From positions 35,590,001 to 35,654,000 of the forward strand of contig OZ249440.1 in NCBI GenBank assembly GCA_965235115.1: a DNA stretch of 64,000 nucleotides, written 5' to 3'. Below, piece after piece: positions 1 through 12,413 of the stretch. This DNA is from Laetmonice hystrix (taxonomy: Eukaryota). Made by a program: the position numbers and the translations under genes. The notes below the pieces were generated by a model, which was not told the DNA's origin, made no database searches, and saw nothing but the letters and a program-made list of their open reading frames with translations. Each line of letters opens with the position of its first letter. The stretch's first letter is position 1.

Positions 1-162
1 TCAGAGGCTGGACGTCTGACTCTTTTATAGATGTGTTTTGGTGGTGTTCCCGTTGGGACCCGGGATAAAATAGGTTCCTTTAGTTTTATGGTCTTATAAC
101 TCTGTTTTCGCCGTGAAGATGGCCCCAGATGCCGACACGGCGCAAAACCACCACTACTCACT
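1..162 (+). mobile_element. 3' end of I-group (Nimb-like) LINE: ORF2 stop, 3'UTR and (CACT)n tail
   Basis: Matches the 3' end of the long copy at 28167-32238 (...GLLTLL*, gggacccgggataaaatagg, ggccccagatgccgacacggcgcaaaaccaccactactcactc). Confidence 0.9.
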
Positions 163-489
163 CCTCACGCTTTTCCTGGCTTTCATTTCGGGGGATATGT
201 CTGCTGGAGGTATTGGTGGCATAGCGATGTTGTTTCTTCGCGCCATGGACCTCGTGATTGGGAATGCAATCGTGTGACTGTTAGATGGTTCAGTTGTACT
301 GCCCCGCTCATAACTACGATGGTTCAGTTGTACTGCCCCGCTCATAACTACGAATGTTTTCATCTCAAACAGTAATCCGTTCAGGAACTGTCCCTTACTA
401 GTTCTGGCTGAGCCTATCTGCTAACCTTCTTAGTTTGTTCGAATATCACTCTACGCTATCCGGTGGTGTCCACCTGAGCGACCTAACAA

Positions 490-1014
490 TAAATGAACAA
501 CCAAACAATAAATTGTATCAGATCAGTCCCATCGTGAACCAAAGGTATCATCACGGCCTAACCCAATGTAGGCATGAAATTGTTTTTACTCGATGCAGAA
601 ATGGTCATTCAAGATTAACCCATGTGTTTTTATTGAAGGGGGAGCCACCTCTAGAATGTTATGGCTGTCAGTTTCAAAGGACACTGAAGCATTTTTTACT
701 TAAGTGTGGTGATTTTACTGTCATCAGGCAAAGGTTTTATGAGATAAATCTTAAGGATCTTTTTTTGCAGTGTTAGACCAGGAGTGATTTTAGAGTTTCT
801 GTCAGAGGCAGGACTTCTGACTCTTTTATAGTTCAGGCTTGCCGGAAGCCTGGTTGGGCTGACAGGATGGAGTGTGTTTTAATGATATTCCCGTTGGGGC
901 CCAGGATAAAATAGGTCCCTTTCATGTTATGGTCTTTGTACTCCGATTTCACTGTGAAGCTGGCCCCAGATGCTGACATGGCGCAAACCCACCACTACTC
1001 ACTCACTCACTCAC
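490..1014 (+). mobile_element. 5'-truncated I-group LINE copy, long 3'UTR variant
   Basis: Encodes EQPNNKLYQI...CYGCQ..LKH..LKC (CCHC), then a 3'UTR and (CACT)n tail. Confidence 0.9.
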
Positions 1015-1036
1015 TGGGTGAGGTCAAAATGTATTA

Positions 1037-3174
1037 CCGTAATCTTCCGTGTACAAGCCGCGGCCATGTATAAGCCGCACCCCCGTTTTTGGAGCAAAAG
1101 TCAGAGAAAAAAAAATCACGTTTCTTACGCCAGTCGTAGCAAAGTTGGGCCCCAACCACCAACCCTAGAAACATGCTGAGACATGTATCAGCTAGCCTGG
1201 CCATAGTGTGAAAAACCATTGGCCAGACGCCGGTCCCACCATCACCTCCCATTGTTAAACGGGCCATTGCTTTCACGGGGCATTTAAAACAATAGGACAC
1301 ACTTTTATTTTGGGAATCCATCTCATTGTCTTAGTCAGCAAAGAGCCACAAGCAAAGAGCCACACGTAAAACAATGGGTATTAACGGGTTGTGGGTATAA
1401 AGCAGGCCAGTTTCCATCAGAAATTCACTCTCAGTCTCTGACTCGACCGACAACCATGCCTCGCCGTATTGCCTACTCTGCCAAGACAAAGCTACAGATC
1501 ATCGCCTTCGCCGAAGTCAACGGTAACAGGGAAGCCGCACGCCGATTCGGGGTCGATGAGTCGAACGTCCGCCGATGGAGGAAGGCCAAGGAACCGCTGA
1601 ACTCCATGCCGAAAGCGAAGTGTGCCAACCGGGGGAAATCAGCCAAGTTCCCAGCTTTGGAGAACATTCTCCGTGAGGAAACGGACAAGAAACGGCAAGC
1701 TGGCCTCCCGATATCAACCACGGAGCTACGCATACGTGCCCTCCAGGTATCACGACAACTCCAGATCCCAACTGACGATTTTAAGGCCTCTTCGAAGTGG
1801 TGCTACAACTTCATGCGTCGTCACAACTACACCATCCGTCGCCGAACAACGATTGCTCAACGGCTGCCAGACGAGCATGAAGAGAAGATCACCAGTTTTC
1901 ACAGCCACATCATCAAGCTTCGCCGCCGCCATCAGTACCCGCTAGCCCTGGTTGGAAATGCAGATCAGACACCGATGACCTTTGACCTGCCGTCCGAATC
2001 TACCATCGCCGCCAGGGGGAGCAAGTCGATCACCATCAAAACGACAGGCAACGAGAAGAATCGGTTTACCATCATGCTGGGATGCACGGCCGACGGGGGA
2101 AAGCTGCCATCCTACATCGTCTTCAAGAGGAAGACACTACCAAAGGAGAAGATCCCCCCCCCCCCGGTGTCATCGTCCGCGTCCACCCTTCAGGTTGGAT
2201 GGATGAGAAGCTGTGTTTGGACTGGATCGAGATGGTGTGGACCAAGCGAGAGAAGGGTCTTCTGAAGCCACGAAGCCTGCTAGTCCTAGACGCCTTTCGC
2301 TGCCATCGGATGCCGACTGTGTTGGATGCTGCTCGGCAGACCAAGACCGACGTTGCCATCATCCCGGGCGGCTTGACCAGCGTGCTCCAGCCGTTAGATG
2401 TCAGCATCAACAAGCCCTTCAAGACCCACATGCGTCGACATTGGAATGACTGGATGGCTACCGCTGATCACCAGTTGACGCCTACTGGTCGGCGGAAACG
2501 GGTGGACATCACTACCATCTGTGGCTGGATCAAGAAGTCCTGGGATGAAGTTGACCCCACCATCATCCAGCACGCCTTCCTAAAGACCGGCATCTCCAAC
2601 GCCCTTGACGGCACCGAAGATGACGCACTTTGGCAGGACCCCCATGAAGATTCCACTGACAGTGCCAGCGACAGCAATGACGAAAGCGAACTCTTCTACA
2701 CAGACAGACAGTTGGAGATCCGTGCAGACGAATACAACCATCTGTTCCACGATGATAGCAGCAACGATGAGTTCCTCGGCTTCAGCGAGCGCGAACTGCT
2801 CTTGTCAGGGCAAACAACGGCCCTTTTCAGGGCCACCATGACGTCCGAAAAGAGTCGATTAGGTTAATGCTTGTCCTTTGTCCCATTCAAAATGATGATC
2901 TTGCCCAGAATCTTTCTCTGTCTATATCTCTCTCTATATATATGTTTCTTTAAATCTATAAATCTCTCTATATATATAACATTAATACTTTAGTCACAAT
3001 ACCACCACTAGGGGGGGTAATAATAGCATGGGTGGCGCCACCTAGGGATAATATCGGAACTAACGTATAGGCCAACTTGCTCTCCAGACGCTTGTGGCCA
3101 TGTATAAGCCGCACCCCCGATTTATGATTAATTTTAGGGGGAAAAAAGTGCGGCTTATACACGGAAGATTACGG
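1037..3174 (+). mobile_element. pogo/Tigger-type (IS630-Tc1-mariner) DNA transposon, full length
   Basis: TIRs CCGTAATCTTCCGTGTA(C/T)AAGCCGC at both ends, TA at 1035-1036 and 3175-3176, and an internal direct repeat ggccatgtataagccgcacccccg near each end. Confidence 0.95.
1456..2867 (+). pseudogene. pogo-like transposase (Brinker-like HTH, CENP-B HTH, DDE_1), one frameshift in a C12 run
   Basis: Motifs NADQTP, LVLDAFRCH and LQPLDVSINKPFK; ORFs 1456-2265 and 2082-2867 join at the poly-C at 2154-2165. Confidence 0.9.
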
Positions 3175-3629
3175 TAGTGTTGGGTGTTCAGTGTTCCAGT
3201 GGTTGAAATTAGATACATGGCGTATAACCAGCATTACACTTCTCTTACTCACTTACTCGCTGATCTCTTGTGTTCTTTCTATTGGAGATGGCTCCCTTGT
3301 TCCTACATCGACCACACTTTGGCTTCACCTGGGACTGTTGTGCTGGCAAGGTCTTTTCCAACAGACAATATCTTGAGGATCTGGGAGACAATTAGCCAAA
3401 TAGTGCAGACAGGGGCACAGCCGGAAGTCCATCCCAGTTTGTTGCAACTTTGGTTTGGGACTGAGGATGTGTCAACCCCATTAATATTTTCAATATTTCT
3501 GCTGATAATGGGACCTAAACATCAGAGAAAATGGGCTTGATTAGTGAATAAAAGATGCTACATGAACAGAAGTATTCAGCGCATCGTTAAAGACCATCTA
3601 CATAATGAACCACGGCAGTGGCTTGAGTA

Positions 3630-3795
3630 AAAGCTAGGCTTTCAAGCCGGCTCAGCCCCTCATGGAGCAGCTCGGCCTGACCGCCCGTGATGTCCAGGGC
3701 CGCAACATCTCCCGGTGTCATGAGTAGCAAAGCATCCTTGCCTTTTTAGACCATTGTCGGAAGACCATGATTGTAGAAAAGTCAGTCTCAGCCAT
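3630..3795 (-). pseudogene. Degenerate SAM-like N-terminus, possibly from a retrotransposon gag-type ORF
   Basis: With frameshifts it reads MAETD.FLQSWSSDNGLK..KDALLLMTPGDVAALDITGGQAELLHEGLSRL; motif resemblance only. Confidence 0.3.
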
Positions 3796-4329
3796 TTTCA
3801 AGTTACGGGATGCAGCAAGATGAAAGCCGGTCTAAACTCCTGCGCGGTGCGTCAGCAACTGATTACACACCACAGGTCCCAGCTGGCCATACGCGCAGCA
3901 TCCAGACGCATTAAGTAACCTGACCTCATAGTTGCAGCAAAGATATGGCACGCTGATAGACTCATTAACCATGATGTCAGATTGCTATTTCTAAAGTGAA
4001 AGTCTCAAACTGTGTCAAATGCCTTTTAAAATGTCTTTTCTTAATCATCAAATGTCACAAGATAATAAATCGACTATAAGACGGAGGATGCCATCTTTGA
4101 TCAAAAAGTACCGTCTTATTCTCTGCAAAATACAGTACACAGTTCAAAGTAGATATCTGGCGACCAAAATGCATAGGCCTATTGAAAATTCCCTATTATA
4201 TTAGTTACATTCTTCAGTGACTCCACATAATTTCTGCTGGTCACTCACTCACTCACTCACTCACTGAAGGTGCTCAAGGCACATTCAACAAGCATAAGGA
4301 AATTCCCTTGGATCAATTTCTTCACAAGG

Positions 4330-4478
4330 TGACAGGATGGAGTGTGTTTTAATGATATTCCCATTGGGGCCTGGGATAAAATAGGTCCCTTTTATTTTAT
4401 GGTCTTTTTACTTTGTTTTCGCCGTGAAGATGGCCCCAGATGCCGATACAGCGTAAAACCACCACTACTCACTCACTC
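4330..4478 (+). mobile_element. I-group LINE 3'UTR fragment (long variant) with tail
   Basis: gacaggatggagtgtgtttt...accactactcactcactc matches 861-1014 and the 3'UTR of 29414-29662. Confidence 0.85.
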
Positions 4479-5029
4479 AAAAGTCTCCTAAGGTTTCATA
4501 ATGTGCCCACTCTTGGCTGAAGCTTCCTCCATAGCATCCAACAACTGTTTCCTTATTGCATCATGGCCACTTACATAGGGATATCTGACGGGGTACTGCC
4601 AAAGAGACTCTAATATCATGAGCCTTGATGGTCATGTGGGACTTGCTGGAGAGAAGGTTTCCTTTGTGGCACACTTGCCAAGTCCCTTGGTTCAAGCCTT
4701 CAATTTCTCCCAATTGGCCACTCCACAGTATCAGCATCAAGATGATCGCAGTAGAATAATGTTTCCTCATAAACTTTCATGGTCTTGAAGAAGATGTTGG
4801 TCCCAAAGAATTTATCCGGGACTTCCTTTCCTGGGACATGCACATTGGCATGACGGAAGGAATGGGGTGCCGGCATAAATATGTCATCCTCCAGAGGGCG
4901 CTCCGAGCAAGTAGACCGGAAGTGGCGGCCGGTAAACAAGCCGTCCACGCTGCCACGCTGTTTACAGTCGAGTGCACATGTGCGTTTACGGTCCGGTGCA
5001 CCTTTTCAAAAGGCTTGGTAGCATATATA

Positions 5030-6792
5030 ATGCCACAATGCTCAGCTCTTGGATGTACAAATCAAGGAGGCCATAGGTTCCCCACCAGCAAGCCTAAACT
5101 AATGAGGCAATGGGTTGTGGCTGTGAGACGAGAGGAGCCAGGGAAAAGGGGTAAGCTATGGCGCCCTGGACCAGCTGCAAGAGTCTGCTCGGACCACTTT
5201 GATGAAAGAGACTACAAAACAATGAACTATTACGGTAGGTATTTTTCCAGTAATGATGGCAGAATAATAATATTGTAGGCCTATAGATGTTCATTGACTC
5301 TGTTATATTGTAAAAAGTGGAATGGTATTAATTAATGAAGTACAGTGGCAATGTCAGTCTCGGTCACTCAACTATCTTTAGGCTTGATCAAGACTGTGGC
5401 AATGTTGGCTGTTGAGTGTTGTCTCGGCCTACGACAGACAGGAAAGTTCAAACTGTGTTACAAATATTTCAAGTGTGTATTTCCCCTCCCCCCATTCATT
5501 TAGGTAACAAACCAGCCTACAAGCAGCTTAAAGCCGATGCAGTTCCTCATATTTTTCCGTGCTTGGGGAATAGTGCATCACCAAGTAGCAGTGGTAGGGC
5601 TATCCGAGCTCAAAGGAAAGACATAAAAGAAAAAGAGAGAGACAGAGAAGGACAAGAAGCATGGCATGACATTGGCATGGAGGAGGAGGTATCGACCACA
5701 CACAATAAATTGTATCAGATCAGTCCCATCGTGAACCAAAGGTACCGTCATGGCCTAACCCAACGTAGGCATGAAATTGTTTTTACTCGATGCAGAGTTG
5801 GTCATTCTAGATTAACTCATGTGTTTTTATTGAAGGGGGAGCCGCCTCCAGAGTGTTATGGCTGTCAGTGTCCTTTGACACTGAAGCATCTTTTACTTGA
5901 GTGTGGTGATTTTACTCTGATCAGACAACGGTTTTATAATGAGACAAGTCTTAAGGACCTTTTTAGCAATGTTAGACCAGGAGTGATTTTAGAGTTTTTG
6001 TCAGAGGCCAGACTTCTGACTCTTTTATAGTTCATGCTCGATGATAGCTAAGGATATTCCCGTTGGGGCCCGGGATAAAATAGGTTCCTTTCATTTCATG
6101 GTCTTTTAACCCTGTTTTCGCCGTGAATATGGCCCCGGATGCCGACACGGCGGAAAATCACCACTACACACACACACACACGACGAGGAACCTAATGGTA
6201 CAAATAAGTTTTTATTCTTGTTAAATACATGGAAAAAACATGTTAATGATCAGCCATTGTGACTTTCTCTTTCTCACAACTTGGCACATACACCACAGTA
6301 AACAACTGATTTGACAAAGGCATTTAATTGTGATGTAAAGTAGATTCAAATTTTAATTACTATTTACTAAATTCTGCCCACACTTTTTATTAACAGAAAT
6401 GTACAAGAACACAATGATTATAATTTTACAAGTTGTATTGCTTGATGTAATAACTGTACAATGCTAAATAACTGGAGTCTTATCCTGTTATTACTGCCTT
6501 CCAAACCATCAATTGTATCACTACACTCTATATACTCATGAACCAGAAAAATGTATTTTCTATGACTTTACCAGATTTTTGTTCAGGATTTCACGCACCT
6601 GCAAGAACTACTATTTTTCTCTGAAACCCCTCATTTCCTTGTTACAGAATCATACCAAGTACAGGAAAGCCATTCTACTTCTGTAGCTGTTCAGACGGAT
6701 TCCACTTCAGTGCCTCAGTTGTACAATGCGAAGAGATTTGATGACGACACTATGCATTTCTATACTGGACTAGAAACTTATGAAAAATTTAG
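5030..6792 (+). pseudogene. THAP-domain transposase 5' part (ISL2EU/Harbinger-like), 3 exons, LINE-interrupted and truncated
   Basis: Exon 5030-5234 has THAP C2CH (CSALGC...HRFP...W...CSDHF); exon from 5504 has the AVP motif; exon from 6648 reads ...DDDTMHFYTGLETYEKF; GT-AG phases are consistent. Confidence 0.75.
5703..6180 (+). mobile_element. 5'-truncated I-group LINE copy in THAP exon 2, with a (CA)n tail
   Basis: NKLYQISP...EARLLTLL* plus 3'UTR; the host frame resumes after the tail (DEEPN). Confidence 0.9.
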
Positions 6793-7428
6793 AATGCCAA
6801 ATCTACGTATTCATTAGCCCAAATTTTTTCAGGCCCTAGACAATATACGGGGTTAGACATAATGCCAACCTCTCCGAAATACCTTCTACCCTTGGAAACG
6901 ATGACTCCCCCCCCCCCAGTGGAGTTGCTCTGGGCAGAGCCCGCTTCCGGTTCCGTCCCCACATCGTGGCGCCTGCAAAAAGTTTTAGAAATCGGCAGAC
7001 AGCGTGTAACATATCCATATATAAGTGTAAAACAATATTATTACATCAAAAGTATCGAACCTTCAAACGGAAGCCCAACCAGTGGGCGTTACATCCACTC
7101 AGGGTGGCTCCAAAGATGAATGACTCTATTAATAGATAGCTGGAATTATGTGTAAAACTGTACTTACGAAACCGTGGATGTGGCGAGGCCGCCCGGAGAA
7201 CACCACCCCACTTCCTCGAAGTGTCCTAGCTGCGGGGAAGAGACGGAACACCGGAACACCGGACCCCAGCAGAAATCCAAGTACTACTTTACGAAGTAAG
7301 AAGAGTGACGGAACCTGAGCATAATGTAATGTAAGAACACAACCCCAGAACACTTGGGAAGTTAGGAAGATAAGGGTCAGTTAAGACGTTTATATGAGAC
7401 AAACCCCTTAGGCCCAGTCCTTCTCGGC

Positions 7429-7957
7429 TCATAGAATGGCTCCTCTGACCACATGATAAAGTTTATACATACCCCGGTGATTAAAATGAACTCAGGTAAA
7501 AAGATGTTAATCCCTGGGTGGGAGACCCCTTGAATTTTCACATACTCCATAGACGGCTCGCTATCCAGTAGTTGTTGAAGCGCGGTGTTAAATTCATTTA
7601 CTCGGTCGAAGTAATGGCAACTGAGAAAATAAACACTCATCTGGGAAGCTGGAGCAAAACTTCAAACACTAATTCAACGACCGCGTCAACTCCAACCCCG
7701 GGAGGCTGTGTGCATAGGTCGTTGCCCCCCACGAGAAGGCCTATGTAGTCTGGCTTACAATTCGCAACAAAGGAAAGGTCGTGATCCTGAATGTGTCAGG
7801 CTGTATGGCCCCCCACTCCGTGTACCACCACTGAAGAATCAACGTGAAAATTACTGCAAACACGATTGGAAAGTGAGGGCAGTGGGACCGCGACAAAGCC
7901 CGCCAGATGACGTATGTGGCTATCGCCCAGAAGCACAAACTTCGGTGAGAACTGCAT
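7429..7957 (-). pseudogene. SGNH/GDSL hydrolase-like ORF remnant, probably from a Ngaro/DIRS-type or LINE element
   Basis: Blocks LLGDSH, GVGG and VGGND, plus (frameshifted) GVHFNHRG; one in-frame stop and frameshifts. Confidence 0.65.
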
Positions 7958-9110
7958 GACGAGCAAGTGGTCAACAAAGAGACCCGAAAGTACAAGGTTA
8001 AACTTAAACAACTGCCCCAAAACACAAAGCAACATAGTCACGTGTCGAGTCTGTATATATCGCCATGCTAACTTTTGTGTGGGATGTCTATAGAATATGC
8101 AGGTCTTGGCTATTTTGAGTGCTTCTGTCACTCATGCGGGGGCCTTCGAGTTAAATTCAAGGCTTTGCACAGGCATACATTTCCTATAAATCTATGCTTA
8201 TAACAACAAAATAAGCATGGTAACATAGTTATCTACACGTTTTTAAAATGAATTTTTTTTCTATTAAAATACAAAATATTGATATGTAGTGTGTTTGTGT
8301 TTTATACATTGGTTACTATGGCCAGATTTGGCACAAGATTTGAGAGCTGTAGCACGTGACCTTACCTGCATCTTTAACAGACCTGCCAAGGGGGGTATTT
8401 CATCTTGCTGGAGATTTGTGAAGATTTTGCTGGAGTTTGGACCATATTGGGATTTCAATGCTGGAAGTTTCTCAGATTTAACAAACGCCTCGATTATCAC
8501 ATACATGCCGTATCTTCTATCTGCTTGCGGTAGGTTTAGTAAAATTTTGTGGGAGATTGGCTCACTTTGAGGAAATAATGTGGGAGGTTCTGATTACCTG
8601 TATTTTCAAAACACTATAGTAAAAGAAGGATCTTCTGATTGTGGCCATTTATCCCATGTTTGAGTCCCAATGAACGTGGATTTAAGGGGTAGCGTAGGTC
8701 TCTAAGTCAAGTCAAATAAAGTCAAGTCAAGTCAAATAAACTTTTATTGATGCAGATGTAAGAAATAAATAACAGATGTGTATACATCATTACGTAACAA
8801 CGAACGAAACAACTAAACAAAAATATGTGTATAATAATGCATCTGCAACAAAAGGGAGTGAAGCTCACAAGAGCTATTTTTCCCTCAATTATTTACAACT
8901 TTGATTAAGTGACATGGGTGTAGAACAAAACTTATCAGACTAAATTAAACATAAGCATAAAGTGATAAACATAGGAAAGCAAGAAACACCCCCTACCCCC
9001 CACGAAGGAACACACACAGAAAGAAGCTAATATAGTATACACCATATTCCAAATTGTAGTCAAACCTACTATATTAATATAAACTAATACCTGTTGACAT
9101 AGTAAAATAT

Positions 9111-12100
9111 TTATCCATTTTCTCCCGTAGTAAGGAGAAATTCTTTAAGATAATATTTGAAAGTGGCTAGTGAGCAATTAAAGTTTAATTTTTCTTTAAA
9201 AGAATTATAGAGATGAACCCCAGTATATCTTATTGTCTTACGGTAGAGTTCTGTTTTGAAAATAGGTTCTCGAAAGAGATCGAGATATCTTGTGTTGTAT
9301 TGATGAACCTCATAATTGCGACAAAACATATCATTAAATATACTTGGTAACAAGTGATGTACATATTTATACATAAATATTACAACTCTGCAGGTATATA
9401 AGTGGCTAAGATTAAGTATTTTTAAGTCCTTGAACAGTTCATGTGTATGGGCCTTCCGGTCTGAGAATGTTATGATACGAATTATTTTTTTTTGAAGTCT
9501 AAACAGGGGTGAAAGATATGTTGTTGATGTACAACCCCAGACTTCATTACAATAATGGAGATAAGGGTACACAAAGGAGTAGTACAAAATAAGAAGAGTA
9601 TTCCTGTTTAAAAACCTTCTAGCCTTACTGATAATACCAGTAGCTCTTGCAATTTTGCCTTTAATATGGTTAATATGATGCGACCAGTTTAAAAGAGAGT
9701 CGATATATACTCCTAGGAATTTAGTCGATTCAACTTTCTCAATATTATTTCCATTGATTTTAATATTATTTGTATATACCGTTTTTTTCTTTTTGGACCT
9801 AAATATCATAAAGTTAGTCTTAGTAATATTTAAAGATAACTTATTTACATTCAGCCACTGAACAAGTTTATGGAGTTCAGCGTTCATCATGTTAATGACA
9901 TCATCTAAATTCCTTCCTGTTATAAAAGCGTTAGTATCATCAGCAAATATTAGAAGAAAAATCAAGTCAGATACATTTGAGATATCATTTACATAGAGAA
10001 TAAAGAGCAGAGGCCCTAATATCGAGCCCTGTGGGACACCACATGAGATGGAACCCTTAGGTGAGGTTACATCATTGTAACATACATACTGTTTTCGATT
10101 AAATAGGTATGATCTTATCCAATTTAAAGCAATTCCTCTTATTCCATAGGCTTCAAGTTTTTTTAATAGAATGTGGTGGTTGACTGTGTCGAAAGCCTTG
10201 CTAAAGTCTAAGAATACTCCAAGAGCAAATTCCCCATTTTCGAGAGCTTTAGTCGTTTTATCTACGAGGGTAATTAGGGCCATATTTGTTGAGGGTTTTT
10301 CTCTAAATCCAAACTGATATTTATATAAAATGTCATATTTATTCACAAAGTCGATTATACGATTGTACATTAATTTTTCAAGTAGTTTAGAAAATGTTGG
10401 TAGTACTGAAACCGGCCTATAATTACTTATAATCATTTTATCCCCAGACTTGAATATAGGTGACACTCTGGCTATTTTTAATTCGTCAGGGAAGAATCCC
10501 TTAGTAATTGATAAGTTCAAAACATGAGTTAATGGTAGGATGAAATCTTCGTATGTTGTTTTGATAATGCCGGGAGAGATAGAGTCCCAACCCGGGCTGG
10601 TTTTCTTTAAGTTTTGTATTAATCTCTTTACCTCGTTTTGTGTTACAGATTTAAGAAAAATTGAGTCCTGGATAGGATTTTTTATATAACTAGTAGGTTC
10701 AATGTCGATATTGGGTATTGTAGTTGCAAGTGACTGACCAATATTCAGAAAGAACTTATTGAAATGTTCGGCTATCGTAACTTTATCAGACGTTAAGTTA
10801 TTATTAATTTTAAAGGAGCTCTGTGCGTTTTTATGTTGATTCTTGTTTATGATATTTTTGATTATACTCCAAGACTTACTTAAATTATTTTTATTGTTCA
10901 CAAAAAGTAGGTTATAGTGGTCTCTCTCAGCCTTTCGTAAAGTTCTATCCAATACTCTCTTATAAGATTTATATGTAATTTCATTTGTTATGGTGGGACT
11001 TTTTCTGTATTTGAGGTATAGTTTGTTTTTATTTTTTATAGAATTTTTTAAGGCCTCTGTAAGCCATACTTTTCTATTACGGTATGTTGATGTATATGTT
11101 AATATTGGAAAAGAACTATCATAAATGGTGGTAACATTCTTATGAAATAGAGTGTAAGCCAATTGAGGGTCTGAGCATGTGAGAACTGGATCCCAGTTAT
11201 TACCTTGCATATGCTCTCTAAACTTGTTAATGTTATTTAATGAGTATTGTCTTTTTTGTATTACCCTTGTAGGGGAGCTTGATCTATTCTTAGTATTAAT
11301 TAGAAAAACCGGGAAATGGTCCGTTATTTCAGTGTATATACCCTGAATAGATTCTTGATGGTGGATATTTGAGAAGATATTATCTATTAGTGTTGGCGAG
11401 TTAGCACTGACTCTGGTTGGTTTATTTATGCTGGGCAGGTAAGCATAAGAGTACATTATATCGATAAATTCCTTGCTGGGAATATGGCTATCCACATTAA
11501 GTAGATTGATATTAAAGTCACCCATAATATAAGAGTGTTTTTTGGTCAGGTCTATAGCTGTGAGTATTTCGGTTAGATAGTGATTAAATATATCGATGTC
11601 AGTATTTGGAGGTCTATAAACTATTCCTACTATAATGTTTTTCTCGAATCCAGAGAAGAAACCCTTATCTATTTCAATAAACAATGTTTCAATGTTATTA
11701 TTTAGCATGTTTAAATTATTACATACAGTATAGTTAATATTATTTTTTATGAACAATGAGACACCACCACCGGCTATAGCCGGTCTATAATTGTTTTCTG
11801 CACTATAACCTGGTAAACCGAAGCAATCTACATTGCTCTCTTTAAACCATGTTTCAGTGAAACCAAGTATAGAAAACCCAAGGTTTAAGACCTCTAAGTA
11901 AGCAGATATTTCATTTATATGTCTAGGCAGGCTGCGAATATTGACATGAAAAATTGAGAACATATCATTGTCTATGGCATTGTCACTAACAGACTGTATG
12001 AAACTATCTTCAGTATAATAATTACAACTTGTGTTACTAGCTTCATTTATAGTGTTATAGTAATTGAGATCAGGGTCTACCTCGCATAGTGGGTAGGTAT

Positions 12101-12413
12101 TATCATCTTCATTTAGTTCAAAGGGGACAAATAATTTATTATTGAGCTCATTCAGAGACATAGTTTTATGACAGGTATAATTAGAGGAGATCACACTTAT
12201 AAACTCATTTTGGTCCTCTATATGATTGAATGGAAACAGTGATACAGTACAATCTATGCAGTACCACATTTCGGTGTCTCGGGTAACATAAATAGAATCA
12301 TCTTTGGTAACATTAGGTAAACACTGGATGTGAACTTCATATTTACAGAGATTGCATATTAAATAACGTGAATGAGAAAGAATTCGGTTGCTACATACTT
12401 TACAGTGTTTCAT
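9111..12413 (-). CDS. LINE ORF2: PHD finger, APE endonuclease and reverse transcriptase (1100 aa, intact)
   Basis: N-terminal C4HC3; NIRS, ETW, YRPP, GDFN, IDNIF and TDHFP; NYRPVS, QFGFR, DFSKAFD, GVPQGSILGP and FADD. Confidence 0.95.
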   Translation of the reverse strand: MKHCKVCSNRILSHSRYLICNLCKYEVHIQCLPNVTKDDSIYVTRDTEMWYCIDCTVSLFPFNHIEDQNEFISVISSNYTCHKTMSLNELNNKLFVPFELNEDDNTYPLCEVDPDLNYYNTINEASNTSCNYYTEDSFIQSVSDNAIDNDMFSIFHVNIRSLPRHINEISAYLEVLNLGFSILGFTETWFKESNVDCFGLPGYSAENNYRPAIAGGGVSLFIKNNINYTVCNNLNMLNNNIETLFIEIDKGFFSGFEKNIIVGIVYRPPNTDIDIFNHYLTEILTAIDLTKKHSYIMGDFNINLLNVDSHIPSKEFIDIMYSYAYLPSINKPTRVSANSPTLIDNIFSNIHHQESIQGIYTEITDHFPVFLINTKNRSSSPTRVIQKRQYSLNNINKFREHMQGNNWDPVLTCSDPQLAYTLFHKNVTTIYDSSFPILTYTSTYRNRKVWLTEALKNSIKNKNKLYLKYRKSPTITNEITYKSYKRVLDRTLRKAERDHYNLLFVNNKNNLSKSWSIIKNIINKNQHKNAQSSFKINNNLTSDKVTIAEHFNKFFLNIGQSLATTIPNIDIEPTSYIKNPIQDSIFLKSVTQNEVKRLIQNLKKTSPGWDSISPGIIKTTYEDFILPLTHVLNLSITKGFFPDELKIARVSPIFKSGDKMIISNYRPVSVLPTFSKLLEKLMYNRIIDFVNKYDILYKYQFGFREKPSTNMALITLVDKTTKALENGEFALGVFLDFSKAFDTVNHHILLKKLEAYGIRGIALNWIRSYLFNRKQYVCYNDVTSPKGSISCGVPQGSILGPLLFILYVNDISNVSDLIFLLIFADDTNAFITGRNLDDVINMMNAELHKLVQWLNVNKLSLNITKTNFMIFRSKKKKTVYTNNIKINGNNIEKVESTKFLGVYIDSLLNWSHHINHIKGKIARATGIISKARRFLNRNTLLILYYSFVYPYLHYCNEVWGCTSTTYLSPLFRLQKKIIRIITFSDRKAHTHELFKDLKILNLSHLYTCRVVIFMYKYVHHLLPSIFNDMFCRNYEVHQYNTRYLDLFREPIFKTELYRKTIRYTGVHLYNSFKEKLNFNCSLATFKYYLKEFLLTTGENG

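Noticed and set aside
1456..2867. Host gene POGK
   Set aside because: It is flanked by TIRs and a TA TSD, so it is a transposon.
5416..6030. Apparent THAP-LINE fusion protein (204-aa ORF)
   Set aside because: An in-frame junction made by a LINE insertion; the ORF starts in an intron and there is no evidence of function.
8264..8700. Possible tyrosine recombinase or GIY-YIG remnant
   Set aside because: No catalytic motif recoverable in any frame I read.
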